DNA from: Candidatus Woesearchaeota archaeon
GTDB taxonomy: Archaea > Nanobdellota > Nanobdellia > Woesearchaeales > ARS49
Assembly: GCA_016929895.1 (NCBI GenBank)
Contig: JAFGHW010000001.1
Coordinates: 135-64,134, forward strand
DNA: 64,000 bases
Reading direction: 5' to 3'
The notes beneath the pieces were generated by a model. It ran no database searches, was not told the DNA's origin, and was given only the letters and a program-made list of their open reading frames with translations. Numbering within the stretch: position 1 is the first letter of the stretch; each line of letters begins with the position of its first letter. Positions 39,031 to 48,396 of the stretch are shown piece by piece. The translations under genes were made by a program, and so were the position numbers.

Positions 39031-41483
39031 AAACAAATAAAGCCAATGCCGCGCCACGTTATGGAAGCAAAGCACAAGTAACACTATTTATTATCCTTGG
39101 AATAATTATTTTACTTGCATTAGGATTAGGAATATACTTTGCAACAAAAGTAATTATCAAGCCAAAAATGCCGGCGACAGAAACCGCGATACAAGAATAT
39201 GTCCAGGAATGCATAAAACAAACAGCAATAATCGCGCTAAAAAAAATAGGGGACAATGGAGGATATATTTCATTTGAAAACAAATACAGAGAATTTAATT
39301 TACAAACAGAACCAGCAGAAGGAGACGGGCTGCCAATCTCTGAAATAGAACTGTACTCAATACCCTGCTGGTGGTATATGAAAACACCAAACCAATGCAA
39401 CAACTGCTATTTAACATCAGACAATATGCCATTACTTCCAGAAATAGAAGAACAAATCAATGAGTATGTTGCTAACAATTTAAACATATGCATTAAAGGA
39501 TTTGCGCCGTTCACTAACCAATACACAATCAAAACAAAACAAGAACCAATAATAGAAACACAAATCACAAAAGACTCAATAAGAATAACTTCTGAATACC
39601 CTATAGAAATCTCAAAAGCAGGGCAAACAACAAAAATAAAAGACTTTGAAACAGAAATAAATGTAAAATTCAAGGACATATATGATTTGGCCACTGAAAT
39701 AATAAACCTGGAAAAAGAAAAATCAGTAATTGAAGAAAGAATAATGCACATGCTGAGCGCGCATATGGGCGCGTCTTATGACAAACTGCCGCCAATATCA
39801 GAAATAACACACGACTATTATCTAATCACATGGGCGAAAGAAATAGTAAAAATAAAAATACAACAAACACTAAACAGTTACATGCCATTGCTTAGATTTT
39901 ACGGAACAAAAAACTCCAAAGAAATAAACTCAAAAAACAAATACACAAAAGGATTTTACAATGCAATGCAAATAAATGACCTCAACAAAAAATACAACTT
40001 ATTTTTAGACATATCCTATAATGACTGGCCGATTTATTTTTCAATAAACCCAGAACCATTAACAGGAACATATCACAAACAAAACTTCCCATATGACATA
40101 CTCCCGCCAATACAAACAAATACATATGAATTTTATTACGACCTGTCTATCCCGCTTTTATTCCAAATAAGAGACTCAAACGCATTTGGAGGAGAAGGAT
40201 ATACTTTGAATTTTGCAGTAGAAACAAACATAAGAGACAATAAAAACCCAAACAACTGGAATATCGGACAAGGAACATTAGGACCATGGGATTCAAGCAA
40301 AACAAAACAAGAAACACTAATAATCAACAGAACATCAGGCAAATGCACTGAAACAGCAGGAAAATACCAATGCAGTATTGACAACAAAAAATACGAAACA
40401 ATAACACAATGCACAGAAATGTGCTACACAGAAAAAAGAATAAGCCAAACAAAAAAAATATTTAAAACAGAGTTCTGCTCTGCTGAACAAAAACTAAGCG
40501 GAAAAATAAAAATAATCGTAAAATCAGGGCAAGAAAAAATAGAAACCGCAGGAATAAGCTACCGCTGCGGAAATTATAAAACCTGTTCTATAGGAATTAC
40601 CGACGAGAACGGAGAAGCAGAATTCCAACTGCCAATCTGCTATGGCGGAGCATTATCAGTACACAAACCAGGATATAAAACTGAAAAAGTTTCATTAAAC
40701 ACAGAAATAAACAAAGCAGAAATAATCAATTTTGACTTGAAAAAAGAAAAAGAATTCACAGTCAGCTTTAAAAAAATGCCTATAACTTCAACAGAAACAA
40801 AAAATGGAATAGAAGCAAGCTGCTGCGACAAAAAACAAAACCCTATTTCAACACAAAAAGCAACATTGAGCATAGAAAAAGTCAAAGAAAATCCTATTGA
40901 CACCTCGTTTGTACAAGCAATTGTTATTGACCAAGATTCAAAAATAAAATTAGTCCCGGGAAAATACAAAGTAACAATGCAATACCTTGACGAAATAGGA
41001 ATAGTAATCCCAGCAGAATGCAAATCAGTCTGCATAGAAGAAAAACAAAACAACGCAATCAAAGCATGCAGCACCGCATGCAAGGAAAACACAGAAATAA
41101 GCAAAACCAGCTGCAAAATAATATTCCCATTAAAACCAGAATGGTGCGAAGACCTGGACTTTGCAAAACAACAATGCGAAGAACACTGCGCAAAAACAGA
41201 ATGCAAAAAATGGATGAAACTGCCTGAAGAAGACATGAACATCAGGCCGGCTTTATTAGGCGGAGCAATGATTGATTCTGAAAACGGATACTGGATTGTT
41301 ACAGAAGCAGACATAAACTCAGGACTCACCAATATCAATTTTTACGTTCTAGAAGTACCAACGCCAACATGCCTTGATACAACAGGATGTGCATACCCGC
41401 CATGCATAGGATTAGACGAAATAGGAAAAATAAAAGAATATTCTGACTTATTCAGACAAGAATTAGAACCAGTATTTAGCTAA
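39027..41483 (+). CDS. Large (818 aa) surface protein P1 with a class III (type IV pilin-like) signal-peptide-like N-terminus and a carboxypeptidase-regulatory-like beta-sandwich motif. Paralogue of P2 and P3.
   Basis: N-terminal ...RYGSKA|QVTLFIILGIIILLALGLGIYF. Conserved blocks GDNGGYI, PCWWYM, GGEGYTLNFA, and TDENGEAEFQLPICYGGALSVHKPGYK. Confidence 0.55.
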   Translation: MKTNKANAAPRYGSKAQVTLFIILGIIILLALGLGIYFATKVIIKPKMPATETAIQEYVQECIKQTAIIALKKIGDNGGYISFENKYREFNLQTEPAEGDGLPISEIELYSIPCWWYMKTPNQCNNCYLTSDNMPLLPEIEEQINEYVANNLNICIKGFAPFTNQYTIKTKQEPIIETQITKDSIRITSEYPIEISKAGQTTKIKDFETEINVKFKDIYDLATEIINLEKEKSVIEERIMHMLSAHMGASYDKLPPISEITHDYYLITWAKEIVKIKIQQTLNSYMPLLRFYGTKNSKEINSKNKYTKGFYNAMQINDLNKKYNLFLDISYNDWPIYFSINPEPLTGTYHKQNFPYDILPPIQTNTYEFYYDLSIPLLFQIRDSNAFGGEGYTLNFAVETNIRDNKNPNNWNIGQGTLGPWDSSKTKQETLIINRTSGKCTETAGKYQCSIDNKKYETITQCTEMCYTEKRISQTKKIFKTEFCSAEQKLSGKIKIIVKSGQEKIETAGISYRCGNYKTCSIGITDENGEAEFQLPICYGGALSVHKPGYKTEKVSLNTEINKAEIINFDLKKEKEFTVSFKKMPITSTETKNGIEASCCDKKQNPISTQKATLSIEKVKENPIDTSFVQAIVIDQDSKIKLVPGKYKVTMQYLDEIGIVIPAECKSVCIEEKQNNAIKACSTACKENTEISKTSCKIIFPLKPEWCEDLDFAKQQCEEHCAKTECKKWMKLPEEDMNIRPALLGGAMIDSENGYWIVTEADINSGLTNINFYVLEVPTPTCLDTTGCAYPPCIGLDEIGKIKEYSDLFRQELEPVFS

Positions 41484-42145
41484 GAAATTTCCTGAATATC
41501 TGAAATAATAAAACAATTATTCCTAACATTTGCAGAAACAATATTCTCGCAATATTCTTTGTTTGACTGGCCAAAAAAGAAAAAACAATTGTCCCTGATA
41601 TCTGAATTTACTATTTGATTGCAGGCATTTGCATTATCAGAATTCTTTGCAACCAGAGAAATACATTCATCACTATTTTCCAAAAGACTGCACTGTTCTA
41701 ATGCAGATTGCGGATTAGAATTACTAAGCTCGCGAATCTCTTCCAAGGTTTTGGACGGGATAGCTTCTGTTTTTTTAACAAATTCTTTTTCAACAATTTT
41801 TTCCTCTATTTCTTCTTCAACATACGGCTCAGAAGGAGCAGCAGGCCTTTCGGACGGAACAGCAATCCATTTCTGCGCTTGTGTTTGTTTTTCAACAGGA
41901 ACCTTTACTAATTCTTCTGCAGGACGAATAAAAGAAATAAAAACCAAACCAACAATAACAAGAATTATTGCAATAATCAATAAAATCGAAAAAGAAATCA
42001 AAAAAGAACGCCTCTTAGCCCTGACGTCTTCCAAAGCCTGCTCAATCTGATAAGAAGAAAAACCCCTTTTCATAAGCTCAAGCTTTAATTCAGGCAAAGG
42101 CATGCCAGAATGCTTTTTAACATAATCCAACAAAGCTCTATCCAT
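41480..42145 (-). CDS. Single-pass membrane protein with a Cys-rich C-terminal domain (opposite strand, inside the cluster).
   Basis: ORF track. TM helix FLISFSILLIIAIILVIVGLVFISFI. Repeated C...N..C spacing at the C-terminus. Confidence 0.4.
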   Translation of the reverse strand: MDRALLDYVKKHSGMPLPELKLELMKRGFSSYQIEQALEDVRAKRRSFLISFSILLIIAIILVIVGLVFISFIRPAEELVKVPVEKQTQAQKWIAVPSERPAAPSEPYVEEEIEEKIVEKEFVKKTEAIPSKTLEEIRELSNSNPQSALEQCSLLENSDECISLVAKNSDNANACNQIVNSDIRDNCFFFFGQSNKEYCENIVSANVRNNCFIISDIQEIS

Positions 42146-42176
42146 ACAAGAATGATTAATCAGTTGTTATAAATAT

Positions 42177-42593
42177 TTATTGGTCAATCTTGGACAAATC
42201 CTGATTAAGAATGATTGGATTCATCCCAATCAATTCATCACTCAGACTATTATTTTCAGGAATAGGATTCATCAAGAAAACCGGCTTTCCTAACTCAAAT
42301 GCTTTAAATATCTCAAGAAAAGTTGCTCCGCCAATATAATTCTGTTGCCCGCGCTTTTCAAAATTCATAACAAGAATTGCATCATTTGCCATTACTTTTT
42401 CAATCTGTTTTCTTAAATAATAACTCTTAACCCTAATATGCTCTTCTCTTCCTTTTGCTTTAACTTTTTCTTCCAGCATAGGATCATCAAAACTATTAGG
42501 TAGAGTAATAGAATGACCTTTTTTTTCTAATTCTTCCTTAATAGGAGGAATCAAATGATACAAATGCTTGCTGGCACAAATAAAGATTTTCAT
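42177..42593 (-). CDS. Nucleoside 2-deoxyribosyltransferase-like protein (PF05014-like Rossmann fold).
   Basis: MKIFICAS...DAILVMNFEKRGQQNYIGGATFLEIFKAFELGKPVFLMNPIP resembles the deoxyribosyltransferase family pattern. Confidence 0.4.
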   Translation of the reverse strand: MKIFICASKHLYHLIPPIKEELEKKGHSITLPNSFDDPMLEEKVKAKGREEHIRVKSYYLRKQIEKVMANDAILVMNFEKRGQQNYIGGATFLEIFKAFELGKPVFLMNPIPENNSLSDELIGMNPIILNQDLSKIDQ

Positions 42594-42697
42594 AACTCCA
42601 CTAAAAAGTGTACAAAATATAAATCTTACTATTCACTCATAAAAAACAGTTAAATTTAAATACCCTAATTCTAAAATACCCAATATATAGTGATATG

Positions 42698-42797
42698 TCA
42701 AGAACCACCATTCGAATACAGGTGGTATGATAATTTGACTTTGCATCGAGTGGTTCTTGATGCTCAGGATTTCATCAATCTGGCGGTTCTTGAGCAC
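42698..42797 (+). promoter_or_regulatory. Array of three copies of a TGG[T/C]GGTTCTTGA motif (one inverted) plus a 6-bp hairpin, in the divergent intergenic region upstream of P2.
   Basis: tcaagaaccacca (42698-42710, inverted), tggttcttga (42751-42760), tggcggttcttga (42781-42793). TATA-like taaatataaa and AAGGAGGT SD precede the ATG at 42865. Confidence 0.3.
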
Positions 42798-42864
42798 AAC
42801 ATATTCCACTTAAATATAAACTAACAGATTGGTGGAATCCTGTTGTTAGAAAAAGGAGGTATTA

Positions 42865-45045
42865 ATGTATAATAAAAGAGGACAAGTAACTATATTCATA
42901 GTTATAGGACTCATACTTCTACTAGCAGTAGGCATAACAATCTACTTATATTCTGTTCAGGAACCAAGAGTAATTGAACAGGCAGAACTTCCAAGAGTGC
43001 AGCAAGTGCCAATAGAAGCAGAACCAATAAGACAATATGTGCGGGCATGCATAGAAGAAACAGCAAAAGAATCATTAATAAAACTAGGAGAACACGGAGG
43101 ATACATAGACACAACAGGATTTGCATACAATCCAATAGAACCGACAGAAGGCACTGCAGTTCAGTTCTCAAAAAATTCTGAATTAATAATACCATACTGG
43201 CGGCATATGGACTCGCCTAACACCTGTTTCTCAAACTGCCAATTTGACAGCAAAAGACCAACAATACAACAAATCAAAAAACAACTAGAAACCTATATGA
43301 ACCAAAACATAGAAAACTGCCTGGGAAATTTTGAAGCATTCCCAGAATACATATTCTCAAAAACAAAACCGCCACAAACAACAGTAACAATAGGACAAAA
43401 AAACATAGTATTCTACGTAGAATATCCGTTACATGCAACAAAAGGAACAACAACATTTGAAATACCTGACTATGCAACAAATATTGATTTGAATCTAAAA
43501 GAAATATACGATGTATCAACAAAACTAGTAGAACTAGAAAGCCAATACGGATACCTGGAAAAATACACAGGCCAATTAATCTCAGTATTCTCCAGATTAG
43601 ATGAAGATGCACTGCCGCCAATAGCAGAACTAGACATTGGACTAGGAGCAGGAACAATATGGACAGAACCACAAATCAAAGAAAAACTAACAGGAATGTT
43701 AACAAGCTATATCCCATTGCTACAAGTACCAGGAACACTAAACTACAAAGACAGAAACGCACCACAAGGAACAACAGACCCAGAACTATACAGAACCCTT
43801 TACAACAGAAACACAGCAGTATTATTAGACGAAGAAATAAAAGAATTACACCCAGAACTAAAAATCAATTTCAACTATCTTGACTGGTGGGATCCATACA
43901 TAGACGTATGCCCTGGCCAAGTCTGCCAAGCAGAAACAGCAACAAGCTCAATGCCAATGCTGGGAATGGTAATAGGAATACAAAGATACAATTTTGCATA
44001 TGACCTAAGCTTTCCAATACTAATCGAACTAACAAATCCATACTCGTTTAAAGGAGAAGGATACACATTCAAATTCTTCATAGAACACAACATGAGAGCA
44101 AACCAGCCAATGAAAACAAACTATCAAAGAACTCAAATGCTTGACATATCTGAAAACACAATGCTATGCAAAAAAGAACACTGGACTTCAGAAGAATTCA
44201 CGATAAAAGTAAATGACGGAAAAACAAAACAACCAGTAGATGAAGCACAAATCGCCTTTAACTGCGGAACAGAAAGCTGCAACATAGGAACAACAACCAA
44301 CGGAGAAATAAAAACAAAACTCCCGCAATGCATAGGAGGAATGATTCTTGTAGAAAAAAATGAATACCATCCTGCCAATGCTCTTGCAGACACGTCAAAA
44401 AAAGAAGAACAAACAATCACAATAACTCTTGAACCATACAGGCTGATAGACATAAACACAATGAAATGGCTAGTCAAGAAAACAGGACAAAATGCATGGA
44501 GCCTAGATGAAACAGGAAAAGCACACCCAGAAAAAGACGAAGAAACACTGATAATGCTTGAAAGACAAACCTCTGACTTAGAAGAAGCATTCAGAACTTC
44601 AGCACAAATATGCGGAGGACTAACAAAAGCAAAAATTCCATGCGGAGACCCTCCACGAGACAATTCAAAAAACATCAGAATGCTGCCGGGAAAATACAAA
44701 GTAAAAATATTCAATTTCAGATACCCACAACCAGCAGTAATAATACCAAAAGACCTGAGAACATTTGACGCCGGCCCATTTGCAGACCCAAAAAAAGTAT
44801 ACATACCTTCAGAAGACATAGTTTTTGACCAAAAACAACCACTGCCAACAGGAATAGCAGAATTTGAATGGGAACTAACAAAAGATGCACTAGACTCAAC
44901 AAATGAAATAACATTCAATTACTTATACTTTGCACTTGACAAAATACCAAAAAGCAACAGAAAAATCGAAGACTTAGAACAAATAGGAAAAATGCAATCA
45001 TACTCAACACTCTACAGAAAATATCTGGAGCCAGAACTTATATGA
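42865..45045 (+). CDS. Large (726 aa) surface protein P2 with a class III signal-peptide-like N-terminus (MYNKRG|QVTIFIVIGLILLLAVG). Paralogue of P1 and P3.
   Basis: Shared blocks GEHGGYID, PYWRHM, FKGEGYTFKFF, and FNCGTESCNIGTTTNGEIKTKLPQCIGGMILVEK. Confidence 0.55.
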   Translation: MYNKRGQVTIFIVIGLILLLAVGITIYLYSVQEPRVIEQAELPRVQQVPIEAEPIRQYVRACIEETAKESLIKLGEHGGYIDTTGFAYNPIEPTEGTAVQFSKNSELIIPYWRHMDSPNTCFSNCQFDSKRPTIQQIKKQLETYMNQNIENCLGNFEAFPEYIFSKTKPPQTTVTIGQKNIVFYVEYPLHATKGTTTFEIPDYATNIDLNLKEIYDVSTKLVELESQYGYLEKYTGQLISVFSRLDEDALPPIAELDIGLGAGTIWTEPQIKEKLTGMLTSYIPLLQVPGTLNYKDRNAPQGTTDPELYRTLYNRNTAVLLDEEIKELHPELKINFNYLDWWDPYIDVCPGQVCQAETATSSMPMLGMVIGIQRYNFAYDLSFPILIELTNPYSFKGEGYTFKFFIEHNMRANQPMKTNYQRTQMLDISENTMLCKKEHWTSEEFTIKVNDGKTKQPVDEAQIAFNCGTESCNIGTTTNGEIKTKLPQCIGGMILVEKNEYHPANALADTSKKEEQTITITLEPYRLIDINTMKWLVKKTGQNAWSLDETGKAHPEKDEETLIMLERQTSDLEEAFRTSAQICGGLTKAKIPCGDPPRDNSKNIRMLPGKYKVKIFNFRYPQPAVIIPKDLRTFDAGPFADPKKVYIPSEDIVFDQKQPLPTGIAEFEWELTKDALDSTNEITFNYLYFALDKIPKSNRKIEDLEQIGKMQSYSTLYRKYLEPELI

Positions 45046-48000
45046 AACCAAAAATAATTGCAGGAATACTAGCAATGCTCGTAATAATGCTAACACCAGC
45101 ATATGCAGCACAAATGGACATAACAAAATACTCAGGAACAGACGAAATAAACGGGTATGCAAGAAGTTCTGACCAAATAACAATAGAAGCAACAGCAGAA
45201 ATGTACGGAAGCCCGTCAATGGAAGTTGCAGCCAGAAGATTAAAAATATATCACTCAGGAATAAGCGAAAGATTCCAAACCTGCTCAACAATAGGAAAAA
45301 CAGCATACAAATGCACATACACAACAACAGGACCATACTCAGGACAAAAACAATTCAAAATAGAACTGCTTGATGCAGACGGAAATGTAATAGAAGCAAC
45401 AGAAAAAACAATAATCATTGACAATCTCGCGCCGATAATAACTGACTTCAGCATAACACCATTACGCGGAACAAACAAAAAAGTAACAATTAATTACAAA
45501 GCAGAAGATTACGCCACAACAACAAGCGACACTTCAACATGCTCTGGAATAAAAGAAATTGGATTCTACATCAACAACATAAAAGTTGCAGCAGAAGCAG
45601 GGCAAAAAGAACAATGCCAAAAAGAAAACGCGATAGACTATACAAGACAAGTTTCAGATTATGAAAAAATAAATTTATGCGCCAGAGCAACAGACATGAT
45701 AAACCAACAAAGCGACCCAGTATGCAAAGAATATGAAATAGACAACCAGCCGCCGCAAATCATATCATTACAACTAAAAGATGCAGACGGATTTGACATA
45801 ACCGGAATGAGAAGCGGAACAAGCCTTACAGGAAGCATAGAAGCAGTAGTCAAAGGAAATAATGATGATGTAGATGCAGTAACAGCAGACCTGTCTTATC
45901 TAAATCCATCACTAACAGGAGAAAAAATGCCTGACGAAAGATACGGAAATAATTACGTATGGAAAGACATATCAATAACCAATCCATCAAACTGCAAAGT
46001 AACAATAAGAGCAATAGATGATTTAGGCAATGAAATAATAGAAACAAAAACATGCACAGTACCAGTAGATGACACAGGACCAGAAGCAGTAAAAATAGAA
46101 ACAAACAAAACAGATGAAGACGGAACATTATTAATCGGAAAAAAAGGAACAATAACACTTGAAATACGAGAAGCAGGAGCAGGATTATTCAAAAAACACG
46201 TTTACCTTGACTTGGCATCCCTTGGAAGAAAATATTCATCACAACAAAGAGCAGACACATGCGAAATAAAAACAGGAGATGTATGGGAATGCACATGGGA
46301 AATAGAACCAATAGTGCCAGACAAAGATTATACTATTCGTTTAAGCCCTGCAACACGAGATGACTTGGACAATTCAATAAGCAGTTCAATAGAAACAACA
46401 ATCCGAATTGACAAACAACCGCCAACAATAGAAGACTTTGCATTTTCAGTAAAACATGCATTTGCAGAATACGGAGAAAAAACAGTAAAAGGAGACACAA
46501 TGGAATTCAAAATCAAAACCTACGGAACATTCTATGCATATGCAAACTTCACAGGCATTGGAGGAAACTATGCACCAGGAACATGCGGAGGAGAAAATAT
46601 CAGAACATGCGAATTCAGCCAATTAATTACTCGTTCAGGACCAGACAATGCAACAATAGAATTTGAACTCTTTGACAGAGCAGGAAATAAACAAACATAT
46701 TCCCATGATTTAATAATTTACGGCTTATCAGATGACACATCACCAGAATACTGGAACTCAACAGTTTCATGTTCTCCAAAATTAATCGACCGCAGCACAA
46801 CAGAACAAAAAGAACAAATGATTTACTGCCATATCAATCTTGATTCTACTAATGATGATGCAGAACCTGTTTTTACTTCTATTGATAAATCATTATCAGA
46901 ATGCCGGGGACAACTCGCAGGAATATCAGAAATACAAATGATGAACAATGGATATGGAAGCAAAGACCCATACATGGTAATCACACTAGAACTTGCAGAA
47001 TTTGCAATAAACAACATGAGCTTTAGCTGTCCAATCCATATTGCATCAAAAGTGGGGGACTATTTTTCAAAAGCAGATGAAAGAGAAATAATTGATGTAG
47101 AACTGGAATTTTATGACCTGCCAATAGGAGAGGTATATGAAAACATTGAAAAAGACATTCATCATGAAATGCGAAAAGCAATGACAACAATGAGCTGGAT
47201 AGATGATGTAGAAAAAATCACAGAAATAGCAAGAAAAATCTGCGGGTACAAATCAACAATAACAAGCCTATTAAGTGCATTAGATGGAGTATTCGCATTA
47301 TTCCCACTGTTATATTCCGCATTATACGCATCAGGACAAAAAGGAACAGTAGATGACTTAGAAGCATACAGGGCATCAATGTGCAATGATGCAAGAGGAC
47401 CAGCAGAACAGTTTATATTTGGTCTTGGAGAAAAAGAAGCAAAAGAAAAAAATGCAGAGCCAGAAGCAGCAAAAACAATAGTAGAAAGAATAGCAGGAAC
47501 AGAATCAAGCGAAGCAAAAGCTGTGCAAGATTTTTGGGAATTCATAGACATGTTTTGTGATTTTCTAAACTGCAGACTAACATGGGATGATGCAAAATAT
47601 GCAACACACAAAAAAGGAGTAGAAGCAGGCTGGAAAGAATCAAAACTAGGAACAGGCGAAGAACTATTTCTAATAGGCGGAGGAGGAGGCGGATGGGGCA
47701 AACAAGGCTCTATATGCACTGGTGCTCAAAACATGCTCGGAGCAAGCTGGTTTAGCGAATACCAAACAATGCAGGACAAAATGAGAGGGCCAGGAGAACA
47801 AAGACAACAATTAGTAGATGTAAAAGAAAGCCTGTTCTGGAGCACACTATGCTTTTGTGGGCCAGGAATAATTTATAATTTAAACAAAATCAGGCAAATT
47901 AATTGCAAATACGCACTATGCTTAGCTGAAGAAGTAAAAACACAAGGAATAGACCCTGCATGGTGCCGAGCTGAAAAAGCATACCTAACATGCACATATG

Positions 48001-48356
48001 TAATGGGAGAAATATTTGCGATATTCCCATTATTATCATTTTACGACAAAACAGTCAACATGGTAAAAGAATGGTTTGAAAACCCAATAACAATCCTAGG
48101 AGCAGTATCAGGATGCTTGTGCGGAGGATGCGCAGAATTAGGAATAAATCCATTCTGCGGAGAAGGAGAACTAAAAGATGATCCTTTAAGACAAGCAGCA
48201 GGATATGTAATATGCATTTTACCAAAAACAGCTGCAAAAATAATGGATGCAGTAGCAAGCATAAAATCAATGCCAACATCAAAAGATTATAAAATCGGAA
48301 CAAGCTATTGCGACAAAGCAAGAGAACTAGAACTAGACACAAAGTATGGCAAGTAA
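45042..48356 (+). CDS. Large (1104 aa) secreted protein G: signal peptide, Ig-like repeats, hydrophobic helices and the shared Cys-rich module (CFCGPGIIYNLNKIRQINCKYALC...).
   Basis: Signal peptide MKPKIIAGILAMLVIMLTPAYAA. C-terminal ~350 aa alignable with proteins A and K. A GGGGGGWG stretch. Confidence 0.55.
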   Translation: MKPKIIAGILAMLVIMLTPAYAAQMDITKYSGTDEINGYARSSDQITIEATAEMYGSPSMEVAARRLKIYHSGISERFQTCSTIGKTAYKCTYTTTGPYSGQKQFKIELLDADGNVIEATEKTIIIDNLAPIITDFSITPLRGTNKKVTINYKAEDYATTTSDTSTCSGIKEIGFYINNIKVAAEAGQKEQCQKENAIDYTRQVSDYEKINLCARATDMINQQSDPVCKEYEIDNQPPQIISLQLKDADGFDITGMRSGTSLTGSIEAVVKGNNDDVDAVTADLSYLNPSLTGEKMPDERYGNNYVWKDISITNPSNCKVTIRAIDDLGNEIIETKTCTVPVDDTGPEAVKIETNKTDEDGTLLIGKKGTITLEIREAGAGLFKKHVYLDLASLGRKYSSQQRADTCEIKTGDVWECTWEIEPIVPDKDYTIRLSPATRDDLDNSISSSIETTIRIDKQPPTIEDFAFSVKHAFAEYGEKTVKGDTMEFKIKTYGTFYAYANFTGIGGNYAPGTCGGENIRTCEFSQLITRSGPDNATIEFELFDRAGNKQTYSHDLIIYGLSDDTSPEYWNSTVSCSPKLIDRSTTEQKEQMIYCHINLDSTNDDAEPVFTSIDKSLSECRGQLAGISEIQMMNNGYGSKDPYMVITLELAEFAINNMSFSCPIHIASKVGDYFSKADEREIIDVELEFYDLPIGEVYENIEKDIHHEMRKAMTTMSWIDDVEKITEIARKICGYKSTITSLLSALDGVFALFPLLYSALYASGQKGTVDDLEAYRASMCNDARGPAEQFIFGLGEKEAKEKNAEPEAAKTIVERIAGTESSEAKAVQDFWEFIDMFCDFLNCRLTWDDAKYATHKKGVEAGWKESKLGTGEELFLIGGGGGGWGKQGSICTGAQNMLGASWFSEYQTMQDKMRGPGEQRQQLVDVKESLFWSTLCFCGPGIIYNLNKIRQINCKYALCLAEEVKTQGIDPAWCRAEKAYLTCTYVMGEIFAIFPLLSFYDKTVNMVKEWFENPITILGAVSGCLCGGCAELGINPFCGEGELKDDPLRQAAGYVICILPKTAAKIMDAVASIKSMPTSKDYKIGTSYCDKARELELDTKYGK

Positions 48357-48396
48357 AAAAATTTGGGGCAAATTTTTTTGTGTTCATAATAAAATT

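Noticed and set aside
40640-41338. Long antisense ORFs inside the large surface-protein genes (also 44133..44918, 47162..47719, 54921..55604, 56595..56981)
   Set aside because: Low-complexity Ser/Phe/Cys-rich translations typical of antisense frames of AT-rich, A-rich coding sequence. The sense ORFs are far longer, with signal peptides and paralogue conservation.
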